Positions 1 to 6,962 are shown, numbered from the stretch's first letter. The stretch: DNA of 12,183 bases from Chlamydiae bacterium RIFCSPHIGHO2_12_FULL_49_11 (GCA_001794905.1 MGLW01000019.1:17122-29304), one strand, 5' to 3'. Notes: a model not told the origin generated them from the letters alone. Numbers and translations are program-made.

Positions 1-587
1 CCCTGCGTCTCCGTTTCGGGGACGCGCTGCACGCGATGCCCGCCCGCCTCATGCTTCATCATCCGGTAAACACCGGAACCTGCAAGGACAAACTGATATT
101 CTTTGTAGCCGCCCCGCTCCGTCTCTGCCGCACTGAGCTCTTCGAACGTCCACCCTTTTGCGGAGGCAAAGTTGCGGTACATGCGCACCGTATCCCCCAC
201 AAAAAGGGCTGCCTCGTCGCCGCCCGTGCCGGCACGCACTTCGATGATGCAACTCCTGTCGTCATCGGGATCGGGAGGAACCAGAATCGACTCGAGCTCT
301 TTCTCCTTTTTGGGAATGAGTTCGCTTAAAGTTTTGATCTCTTCCCTAATCAGGCTGATCAATTCAGGGTCGGTTTCCAGATGAAGGAGCTCCTCTGCAT
401 CCGAAAGGTTTTTCTCAGATTGGGTGAGGAGGTCGTTCACTTCTTTGATAGAAGAGAGATATTTGTATTCGCGCGAGAGTTCTTTGTACTTTTTCTGATC
501 GGAAAGGATTTCAGGCGAGCCAAGCTCCCCCTCGACATGGGGAAGCCTGGCCAATAATGCATCAACCTTTTTGGAGCGCAACGTCAC
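1..587 (-). CDS. prfA: Peptide chain release factor 1 (5' part; runs off the left edge)
   Basis: Not in the ORF track; translated by hand from GTG 587 (alternative TTG 581): (M)TLRSKKVDALLARLPHVEGELGSPEILSDQKKYKELSREY...IELRAGTGGDEAALF...HEAGGHRVQRVPETETQG. It has the RF1 PxT (PET) specificity motif. The GTG overlaps the L31 stop (GTGA), the usual rpmE-prfA context. Confidence 0.96.
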   Translation of the reverse strand, partial: MTLRSKKVDALLARLPHVEGELGSPEILSDQKKYKELSREYKYLSSIKEVNDLLTQSEKNLSDAEELLHLETDPELISLIREEIKTLSELIPKKEKELESILVPPDPDDDRSCIIEVRAGTGGDEAALFVGDTVRMYRNFASAKGWTFEELSAAETERGGYKEYQFVLAGSGVYRMMKHEAGGHRVQRVPETETQ

Positions 588-916
588 GATTTTTTCACGC
601 GGCCTTTCTTCTTGCTCGCTTCTTCCAAGAGAGCCTGCTCCTTACGTTCTTTAATGGTGCGGGCTTCTTCTGCTTTCTTCGCATACCTGTTTTGGAACCG
701 GTCGATCCGTTTTTCGGCATCGACGTGGCCACCTTGTCCGGTAAAGAAAGGGTGCGAAGCGGACGAAATCGTGGCGCGATGGAGAGGGTATGTTTTTCCT
801 TCAAAATCGGTTGTCTCTTTCGATGTTTTTACCGAAGTGCGGCACAAAAACTTCACCCCGCTGCTCATATCCAAAAATACGACTTCCCGGTATTCGGGAT
901 GACAGTCCTTCTTCAT
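584..916 (-). CDS. rpmE: 50S ribosomal protein L31, type B (no CxxC zinc ligands), with Lys/Glu-rich C-terminal extension
   Basis: MKKDCHPEYREVVFLD...SSASHPFFTG...RIDRFQNRY matches L31 type B. SD GAGGAG at 929-924. Lies directly upstream of prfA. Confidence 0.95.
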   Translation of the reverse strand: MKKDCHPEYREVVFLDMSSGVKFLCRTSVKTSKETTDFEGKTYPLHRATISSASHPFFTGQGGHVDAEKRIDRFQNRYAKKAEEARTIKERKEQALLEEASKKKGRVKKS

Positions 917-947
917 CGTTTAGCTCCTCATAGTTATAGGCGAGAGC

Positions 948-977
948 AGTGTAACCGAGAGGCACATTTATCCTCAA
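948..977 (-). promoter_or_regulatory. Candidate sigma70/sigma66 promoter for rpmE-prfA
   Basis: Minus strand reads TTGAGG (977-972), an 18-nt spacer, then TACACT (953-948), about 30 nt upstream of the L31 ATG. Confidence 0.4.
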
Positions 978-1195
978 GCATCTTTTCTTGCAAACAGGGC
1001 GGCCCGTACCGTGAGAATCCCCTCCAAAATCCCCTCCTCGTACCGGAAATGGGGGCTTGTTTCGAGCTCCGGATAGTCGAACGGCTGGAGGAGGTCCTCT
1101 TCAGTGATCTGTCCCACCAGTTTGCCGGCAAGGTCTAGCATCTTTTTTTTCTGGTTTAGCACCAGTTCCTCAAATAATATTTCCCATTCTCCCAT
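974..1195 (-). CDS. Small conserved chlamydial hypothetical protein (CT845-like), 73 aa
   Basis: Start moved to ATG 1195, which follows a strong SD (AAAGGAGG): MGEWEILFEELVLNQKKK...DLLQPFDYPELETSPHFRYEEGILEGI. The DLLQPxDxPELxxxPxFRxEEG motif and the position after tadA resemble the chlamydial gene as I recall it. Overlaps the tadA 3' end by 26 nt. Confidence 0.8.
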   Translation of the reverse strand: MGEWEILFEELVLNQKKKMLDLAGKLVGQITEEDLLQPFDYPELETSPHFRYEEGILEGILTVRAALFARKDA

Positions 1196-1646
1196 CGAGC
1201 CTCCTTTGCTGAAAAAATGTTTGGAGAAGATGCCGGCTTTCTTCTTCGCACACGCCCCCCTCCACCTCAATTTTATGGATGGGATGAAGCAGAGGATTAA
1301 ACCCGGCCACTGAAAGAGCCCCGTGGCGGAGGTCCCGGGCGCCGTAAATGATTTTTTTGACCCGTGAGAGGATAAGCGCTCCAAAACACATGATGCATGG
1401 CTCTAAGGTAGTGTAAAGCACCGTACCGGTGAGGCGGAAATCGTCAAAATAGTTTGTCCCTTCCATAATACAGATATTTTCGGCATGATGGAGTGAATTC
1501 TTTTTTTCCCTCACGCGGTTCCGCCCGGCGGCGATGATGCGCCCTTCATGCACGAGAACGGCCCCTACCGGCACCTCGTCAGCTGCGAATGCTTTTTGTG
1601 CCTCTTCGAGCGCTTTAAACATAAAAATTTCGTTTGTACTACTCAC
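1170..1646 (-). CDS. tadA: tRNA-specific adenosine-34 deaminase
   Basis: Motifs FMxxALxEA, EVPVGAVLV, HAE, TLEPCIMC, YGARD and C-terminal FFQQRR. Likely start is GTG 1646 (AAGGGA 6 nt upstream); alternatives are ATG 1622 and ATG 1679. The track's start at 1775 overlaps rpsO and is unlikely. Confidence 0.93.
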   Translation of the reverse strand: MSSTNEIFMFKALEEAQKAFAADEVPVGAVLVHEGRIIAAGRNRVREKKNSLHHAENICIMEGTNYFDDFRLTGTVLYTTLEPCIMCFGALILSRVKKIIYGARDLRHGALSVAGFNPLLHPIHKIEVEGGVCEEESRHLLQTFFQQRRLDGRMGNII

Positions 1647-1672
1647 TTCGTATCCCTTGGGGTAAATAAGGA

Positions 1673-1702
1673 TTGCCATTATTGTAAAGGATATGGTAAA
1701 AT
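1673..1702 (+). promoter_or_regulatory. Candidate sigma70/sigma66 promoter for rpsO-pnp
   Basis: TTGCCA (1673-1678), an 18-nt spacer, then TAAAAT (1697-1702) with an extended -10 TG at 1694-1695. SD AGGAGA at 1727-1732. Confidence 0.6.
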
Positions 1703-1737
1703 ATGCGAGATATTTTTGAAAGTTATAGGAGATTGCA

Positions 1738-2007
1738 ATGTCACTAGACAAAAGCACAAAAGACGAAGTCACCAAGAAATTCCAGTTGCATGAAAAAGAT
1801 ACCGGCTCTGCCGACGTTCAAATCGCCATTTTAACCGAACGCATCACCGAAGTTGCCGACCACTTGCAAAAAAACCCCAAAGATCACAACTCCAGGCTTG
1901 CCCTTCTCAAATTGGTCGGCCAGCGCCGAAAGCTGCTTGACTATTTGAATGCCACGGATACGGCCCGTTATGTCACACTGATCAAAAAGCTGGGCATCAG
2001 AAAATAA
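1738..2007 (+). CDS. rpsO: 30S ribosomal protein S15
   Basis: 89 aa; [16 protein letters not shown]...[29 protein letters not shown]...LGIRK. Upstream of pnp. Confidence 0.99.
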   Translation: MSLDKSTKDEVTKKFQLHEKDTGSADVQIAILTERITEVADHLQKNPKDHNSRLALLKLVGQRRKLLDYLNATDTARYVTLIKKLGIRK

Positions 2008-2067
2008 TATTTCACAACCCCCCTCATACTAACTAGAAGTCGAATCGGGTATTTTTAAGGAGTTACC

Positions 2068-4161
2068 ATGACCACTCAAACAAATAAAGAACAACACTTA
2101 ATCATTCCCCTCGACGGGTCTGAAATCATTTTCGAAACCGGAAAAGTTGCAAGACAGGCAAACGGAAGCGTGCTACTGCGCTGCAAAGATACCCTGATTC
2201 TCGCAACCGCCTGCGCAAGTCCAAAGCCCCTCGACGATGTTGATTTTTTACCACTGCGCGTCGATTACCAGGAAAAATTTTCCTCAGCGGGAAAAACGCT
2301 CGGCGGCTTCATCAAACGGGAAGGGAAGGCGTCGGAAAAGGAAATCTTGACTTCAAGGCTCATTGACCGTCCTCTGCGCCCCCTCTTTCCCGAAGGATTT
2401 TACCATGACGTACAACTTTTGTCGTATGTTCTGTCTTACGACCCTTCCGTTTCTCTGGAACCGCTTGCCATCTGCGCCGCTTCAGCTGCGCTCGTGATTT
2501 CCGACATTCCTTTCAACGATCCTGTCGGCGCCGTGCGCGTCGGATACGTTGACGGTAACTTTGTGATCAACCCTGCTCCTTCCGCGATGGAACTTTCTAA
2601 AGTCGACCTCGTCATCGCGGGAACCGAAGATGCTATCATGATGATCGAAGGGTATGCCGACTTTTTGACCGAAGAACAGGTACTTGCGGCGATTGAAGAG
2701 GGCCACAGAGCCATCAAAATCATTTGCCGCCACCTTTCCGACTGGAAAAACGTCGTGGGAAAAGAAACAATGACGACAAGATGCGTCGCTTTATCAGACG
2801 AGCTTTTGCATGAAATGAAAACTCTGACCGAAAAAGAGTTCATGCACGCCCTTGCCACCCATGACAAGCAAGAGCGCGAAGCGCATTTTGCCCAAATTGA
2901 TACCCTGGTAGAAAGCCACTTTTTGTCAGGCTCCGAGCCCCGTTACTCCGCACGCGAAGTGAAAATGGCTCAGAAAAAAGTCTCTTCCGAACTTCTCAGG
3001 AGTAAAATCCTCCGGGAAAAAAGCCGCACCGACGGCCGCAGATTGGACGAAATCCGTCCGATCCGGATCGAAGCCCCCTTTTTGGCACGCACGCACGGCA
3101 GCGCCTTATTTACACGGGGCGAAACCCAGTCGATCGCCGTCTGTACACTCGGCGACTCATCGATGGGACAACGTTTCGAAGACCTCGAAGGCGATAAAAT
3201 CAAACGGTTCAACCTCCAATACTTCTTCCCCCCCTTCTCCGTCGGTGAAGTGGGTAGAAGCGGCCCTCCCGGAAGACGCGAAATCGGCCATGGAAAACTT
3301 GCCGAAAGAGCACTCCAAGCCATTGTCCCCGCTGAAACGGTATTCCCGTACTCTCTGCGCGTCGAATCGAACATCACCGAATCGAACGGCTCCTCTTCCA
3401 TGGCTTCGGTCTGCGGCTGCTGCCTTGCCATGATGGATGCCGGCGTGCCGATCGCACGCCCCGTGTCCGGAATCGCGATGGGCCTTATTCTGGAAAAGGA
3501 TAGCTTCGTGATTCTCTCGGACATTTTGGGACTCGAAGACGCCCTCGGCGACATGGACTTTAAAGTGACCGGCGACGAGAGCGGTATCACCGCATTCCAA
3601 ATGGACATCAAAGTAAAGGGGATCACCCTCGAAATCATGAAAACGGCGCTCATGCAAGCAAAAGAAGGACGTATCCGCATTTTGCGCACCATGCTCGCTG
3701 CCCTCCCTGCAGCGCGTGTCTCCCTCTCGAAATACGCACCGAGGCTCGAAGCGATCTCCATCAAACCGAGCAAAATTGCAATCGTCATCGGCAGCGGCGG
3801 GAAAACCATCCGCGGCATCATCGAACAAAGCGGTGCGAATGTCGAAATCAATGACGACGGCCTTGTCCAGATTTCTTCGACCAGTGCCGAAAGCATGGAA
3901 ATAGCAAAAAAGATGATCTTGGATCTCGTATCAGAGGTGGAAAAAGGAAAAGTCTACATCGGAAATATCGCCAGCATTCAAGCCTTCGGGGTCTTTGTGA
4001 CTCTTCCGGGCGGGAAAGACGGCCTTTGCCATATTTCGCGCCTCTCAAAACAGCGTGTGAAAAATATCGAAGATTTGGGCTTTAAAAAAGGTCAGGAACT
4101 TACGGTTCAAGTGCTTGAAATCAATGAGCAAGGAAAAATCTCCCTTGCCCTTGTGTCATGA
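2068..4161 (+). CDS. pnp: Polyribonucleotide nucleotidyltransferase (PNPase)
   Basis: 697 aa; ETGKVARQANG, DFLPLRVDYQEK, RLIDRPLRPLFP, HGSALFTRGETQ, RREIGHGKLA, ESNGSSSMASVCG, DALGDMDFKV, a KH domain (IGSGGKTIR) and an S1 domain. SD AAGGAG upstream. Confidence 0.99.
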   Translation: MTTQTNKEQHLIIPLDGSEIIFETGKVARQANGSVLLRCKDTLILATACASPKPLDDVDFLPLRVDYQEKFSSAGKTLGGFIKREGKASEKEILTSRLIDRPLRPLFPEGFYHDVQLLSYVLSYDPSVSLEPLAICAASAALVISDIPFNDPVGAVRVGYVDGNFVINPAPSAMELSKVDLVIAGTEDAIMMIEGYADFLTEEQVLAAIEEGHRAIKIICRHLSDWKNVVGKETMTTRCVALSDELLHEMKTLTEKEFMHALATHDKQEREAHFAQIDTLVESHFLSGSEPRYSAREVKMAQKKVSSELLRSKILREKSRTDGRRLDEIRPIRIEAPFLARTHGSALFTRGETQSIAVCTLGDSSMGQRFEDLEGDKIKRFNLQYFFPPFSVGEVGRSGPPGRREIGHGKLAERALQAIVPAETVFPYSLRVESNITESNGSSSMASVCGCCLAMMDAGVPIARPVSGIAMGLILEKDSFVILSDILGLEDALGDMDFKVTGDESGITAFQMDIKVKGITLEIMKTALMQAKEGRIRILRTMLAALPAARVSLSKYAPRLEAISIKPSKIAIVIGSGGKTIRGIIEQSGANVEINDDGLVQISSTSAESMEIAKKMILDLVSEVEKGKVYIGNIASIQAFGVFVTLPGGKDGLCHISRLSKQRVKNIEDLGFKKGQELTVQVLEINEQGKISLALVS

Positions 4162-4526
4162 CTTCTCCTGTATCACGACCTGTCCCATACCGCGATATGA
4201 AACTGATCCGATTCATGGATGAATCGGATCTCCTTGAAAAGCTAAAAGCATTTAACCACTCTTCGACGCGTCTCTTTGCCGTTTGTGAAAAAGTGTTTCA
4301 GAACATTAAAAATGATTACACCTTTGCCGCGGGAGATTCGGAGACAACCGACCCTCAAATCACAAATATTTTACTGAGACACGGACAATCGCTTTTTACA
4401 AAACGTTGTTATAACATGCAAAAGGTAAACATATTAGAAGTAGCAGTGGAAATAAAAACGGTTAGGGCTCTGGCACACCTACATTCTATAGTGTGTGCCT
4501 ATAGCACACAATTTTTGTTGCAATAA
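4158..4526 (+). CDS. Hypothetical protein, 122 aa (orphan)
   Basis: ATGA start/stop overlap with pnp; fills an otherwise empty gap of about 325 nt. No family recognised. About 40% GC (120/300 by hand count over 4201-4500). Confidence 0.6.
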   Translation: MTSPVSRPVPYRDMKLIRFMDESDLLEKLKAFNHSSTRLFAVCEKVFQNIKNDYTFAAGDSETTDPQITNILLRHGQSLFTKRCYNMQKVNILEVAVEIKTVRALAHLHSIVCAYSTQFLLQ

Positions 4527-5703
4527 CGGCAGCGGAAAGTTTCAGGGTCTGTTTTTCTTCGGAAACTTCGGCAACTCCCTCGGGTTCGGGAATGGAAATT
4601 GGAAGTTCGCCCTCATGCTGCAGGAAATCGATCCATTTTTTTACCCTATCCAGGACTTGCCCCGCGGTGTAAAAGCGATATCGGAGTTCAAATAAGTCTT
4701 GATAGCACCGACGGATCACCGTCGTAAAAAAATTCCCCATAACTTCTTCAACACGTTTCTCTTCCTCTCTTCGGGCAAACTCACTGCGCCGTATGCCGAC
4801 CCTTTGCACAATAGCATCGTTCAAAGGATTGTTACCTTCATTGTAGAATAAAAAAGTCAGCGCATAGATATCGGTATCGGGAAGATTCCATCTCGTGTCC
4901 GCTCCCCTTTTTTGATCCCTCGCGTCTTGAAACCACTGCGCATGAGAAGGTGCAGACCAAGGGCATCTGGAAACAGTTCCGGGGACTTTCTCGGCAATAG
5001 AAAAACTCCTAAAAAACGCTACTGCGTCAAGATCAGTAAAGGAAACACAAGGCTGAGAATTGACATATTCTACCAGTACATTGCGAGAATGTAAATCCCC
5101 CCAGATCCAATGCTTCTTCTCATGAAGAATGCATAGAAATTCGAGAATCTGACGGAAAATCTCCAGCCTTTCCTTGAGCGGCCTTCCATGTTCTCCGAGT
5201 GCGCGCCCTCGATACTCTTCCATATAGACTCCTAAATCGCGTAAAACAACGATGTTGGAAAGAGGTGCTGCAACAGACTTGATCCCTTCCTGGGAAAGAG
5301 TCTTTTGCACCAAGTAGCCGTTGGAAATAGCATAGGGAACTATTCCCGCTGTGCAGACAAAAATTTTTGCCACCACTTTTTGCCATACGGGATTTTGCGA
5401 AAGCAGGCTACAATGGTACGCTTCATATACGTGTTTTGAAGCTCCCCTACCGATTTCATTCGACGAAATCACGGTAAGCCCTATCTTTTCGGGTCTCACT
5501 TCCAGTACAAACGGCATGTATTCGGATTCTTTCAGATTCAAGGCACGTACATCCTTCCTATGGGCCATGAAGTATGACTTCGATGCTTCACCGGTACTTT
5601 CGATCAGACTTTTCACAAGAAAAAGGAGTGCTTCTTCTCTTTTCAAATTCAAACGCGAGTAATAGGAGGAAAGAGACTGGATACTATGTTCCACGGACAT
5701 CAT
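4486..5703 (-). CDS. Divergent protein-kinase-fold protein (paralog 1), 405 aa
   Basis: Subdomain order is intact: IGRGASKHVY (Gly loop), VVAK, YMEEY (hinge), LHEKKHWIWGDLHSRNVLV (catalytic loop), FTDLD, GT...WSAPS, DTDIYAL (IX), YRFYTAGQVL (XI). Confidence 0.88.
   Translation of the reverse strand: MMSVEHSIQSLSSYYSRLNLKREEALLFLVKSLIESTGEASKSYFMAHRKDVRALNLKESEYMPFVLEVRPEKIGLTVISSNEIGRGASKHVYEAYHCSLLSQNPVWQKVVAKIFVCTAGIVPYAISNGYLVQKTLSQEGIKSVAAPLSNIVVLRDLGVYMEEYRGRALGEHGRPLKERLEIFRQILEFLCILHEKKHWIWGDLHSRNVLVEYVNSQPCVSFTDLDAVAFFRSFSIAEKVPGTVSRCPWSAPSHAQWFQDARDQKRGADTRWNLPDTDIYALTFLFYNEGNNPLNDAIVQRVGIRRSEFARREEEKRVEEVMGNFFTTVIRRCYQDLFELRYRFYTAGQVLDRVKKWIDFLQHEGELPISIPEPEGVAEVSEEKQTLKLSAAVIATKIVCYRHTL
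4492..4519 (+). terminator. Intrinsic-terminator-like hairpin inside the convergent overlap
   Basis: TGTGTGC-CTATA-GCACACA (perfect 7-bp stem, 4492-4510) followed by ATTTTTGTT. Confidence 0.4.
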
Positions 5704-5707
5704 TTTT

Positions 5708-6910
5708 CTACCTTTTTTTAAAGTCCACGGGAGGTACCGGAGAGTTCCATTTTCCTTCCGGCGGAATATAAAGATCCCCTATTGCAGGCGTTTGTGCGGA
5801 AATCCGGTTTAGATCCAGAAATAACCGACACTTCTGAACGGCCGCCAAAATTTGCCGCGCGGTATGATACCGGTAATCGGGAGTAAACCATCGCCATTCA
5901 GAGTTGTCCAGGACTGCCCTAAAAAACGCTCCGAGACGACGTTCTATGAGGGCGCTAGCCGTTTCATCCTCTTCCAGTGCTAGCGTGGCACGAAACTCTG
6001 TCACCCGCTGCACGAGACTGCTGGAAAAAGGCCCCTGAACATCGCCCAGGGAATGATTGAAACAAAAAATAAACGCCACAATGTCGGTATCGGGTAGTGC
6101 CCAAGCCCGCTCAGCCGGCTCTTCTTTTCCGAATTGAATCAAAAACCACTGCCGCCTTGAAGCGGAATACCATTGGCATTCCACCTCTGTTCCCAGCGAG
6201 ATAGATTTTTCTACCGGAAAGGTAAATTGCTGTAGGAGAAAATCGAAATCGGTAAAGGTGAGTTTGATTTGATTAAATTGATTCCAATGCACCAAAATAT
6301 TTTTTGGGTGCAAATCGCCCCAAACCCAACCGAATTCTCGATGCAGACGAATCAGGAAATTCAATACCTGCTGCATCATCTCAAGCCTGCACGGCAAATT
6401 ATATTCATCATCGAAATCGAAAGCTTCCCCTCCATATTCTTCAATATAGGCGCCGTATCTGTCACCCACAACGAGCCCCGACAGGGGAGTGGCAACAGGA
6501 AGACCTGCTCTTGCAAGCTGCCTTTGGACCCAATATCCTTGTATAATCTCACAATATATTTTTCTTTCCTCCGCGGGAAATATTTTTGCAACAGCTGCCT
6601 GAGTTTTGACTGTTTCTCCTGAAATGGAACACCGGACAGCCCTGTACACTTCCTTGTACCTTCCTCGTGCGAGCCTAGCTTTTACATGAATCACCGCAAG
6701 AGCGCTGGTATCCTTATTGATTTCTAACAAGAACGGAACGAAATGATTCACCTTGAGCGGCAAAATGTCCTCTTCCTTAAAAGCAAAGCAGGAAAGGGGA
6801 ACTGTACCGGAAGAGCGGCTTTTGACCACATAAAGGAGATCGTCAATTTCCTCCTTCGTCACAAAGGCAGCCACATTAAAACAATTTTGAACGAGTGCAT
6901 CTATCGACAT
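5708..6910 (-). CDS. Divergent protein-kinase-fold protein (paralog 2), 400 aa
   Basis: LARGRYKEVY, AVAK, YIEEY, LHREFGWVWGDLHPKNILV, LTFTDFD, GT...WYSAS, DTDIVAF, PDYRYHTARQIL. Collinear with paralog 1 along its length, with a 4-nt gap between the genes. Confidence 0.88.
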   Translation of the reverse strand: MSIDALVQNCFNVAAFVTKEEIDDLLYVVKSRSSGTVPLSCFAFKEEDILPLKVNHFVPFLLEINKDTSALAVIHVKARLARGRYKEVYRAVRCSISGETVKTQAAVAKIFPAEERKIYCEIIQGYWVQRQLARAGLPVATPLSGLVVGDRYGAYIEEYGGEAFDFDDEYNLPCRLEMMQQVLNFLIRLHREFGWVWGDLHPKNILVHWNQFNQIKLTFTDFDFLLQQFTFPVEKSISLGTEVECQWYSASRRQWFLIQFGKEEPAERAWALPDTDIVAFIFCFNHSLGDVQGPFSSSLVQRVTEFRATLALEEDETASALIERRLGAFFRAVLDNSEWRWFTPDYRYHTARQILAAVQKCRLFLDLNRISAQTPAIGDLYIPPEGKWNSPVPPVDFKKR

Positions 6911-6922
6911 AACAGATCAAGA

Positions 6923-6951
6923 ATTCTATAAGAAAATGAATTTCGAATCAA
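6923..6951 (-). promoter_or_regulatory. Candidate sigma70/sigma66 promoter for the kinase pair
   Basis: Minus strand reads TTGATT (6951-6946), a 17-nt spacer, then TAGAAT (6928-6923). The ATG at 6910 follows 12 nt later. Confidence 0.6.
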
Positions 6952-6962
6952 GAAGCGAAATT
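6939..6962. repeat. 7-bp inverted repeat right after the ftsH stop (weak terminator or operator)
   Basis: AATTTCG (6939-6945), N10, CGAAATT (6956-6962). On the minus strand it is followed by CATTTTCTT. Confidence 0.4.

Noticed and set aside
1016-1037. Direct repeat AATCCCCTCC x2
   Set aside because: Simply encodes EGIL-EGIL; only two copies, not an array.
36-1138. Plus-strand ORFs (97, 70, 193 and 96 aa)
   Set aside because: Antisense to prfA, L31 and the CT845-like gene, which explain the region.
1196-1384. N-terminal 63 aa of the track's 136-aa ORF
   Set aside because: Lies out of frame inside tadA; the strong SD marks ATG 1195 as the start.
2436-3896. Long antisense ORFs (143, 308 and 223 aa) over pnp
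   Set aside because: Shadow frames of a conserved, codon-biased gene with no recognisable motifs.
4158-6961. Mobile element or prophage origin for the accessory block
   Set aside because: No recombinase, transposase, terminal repeats, target duplication or tRNA seen.
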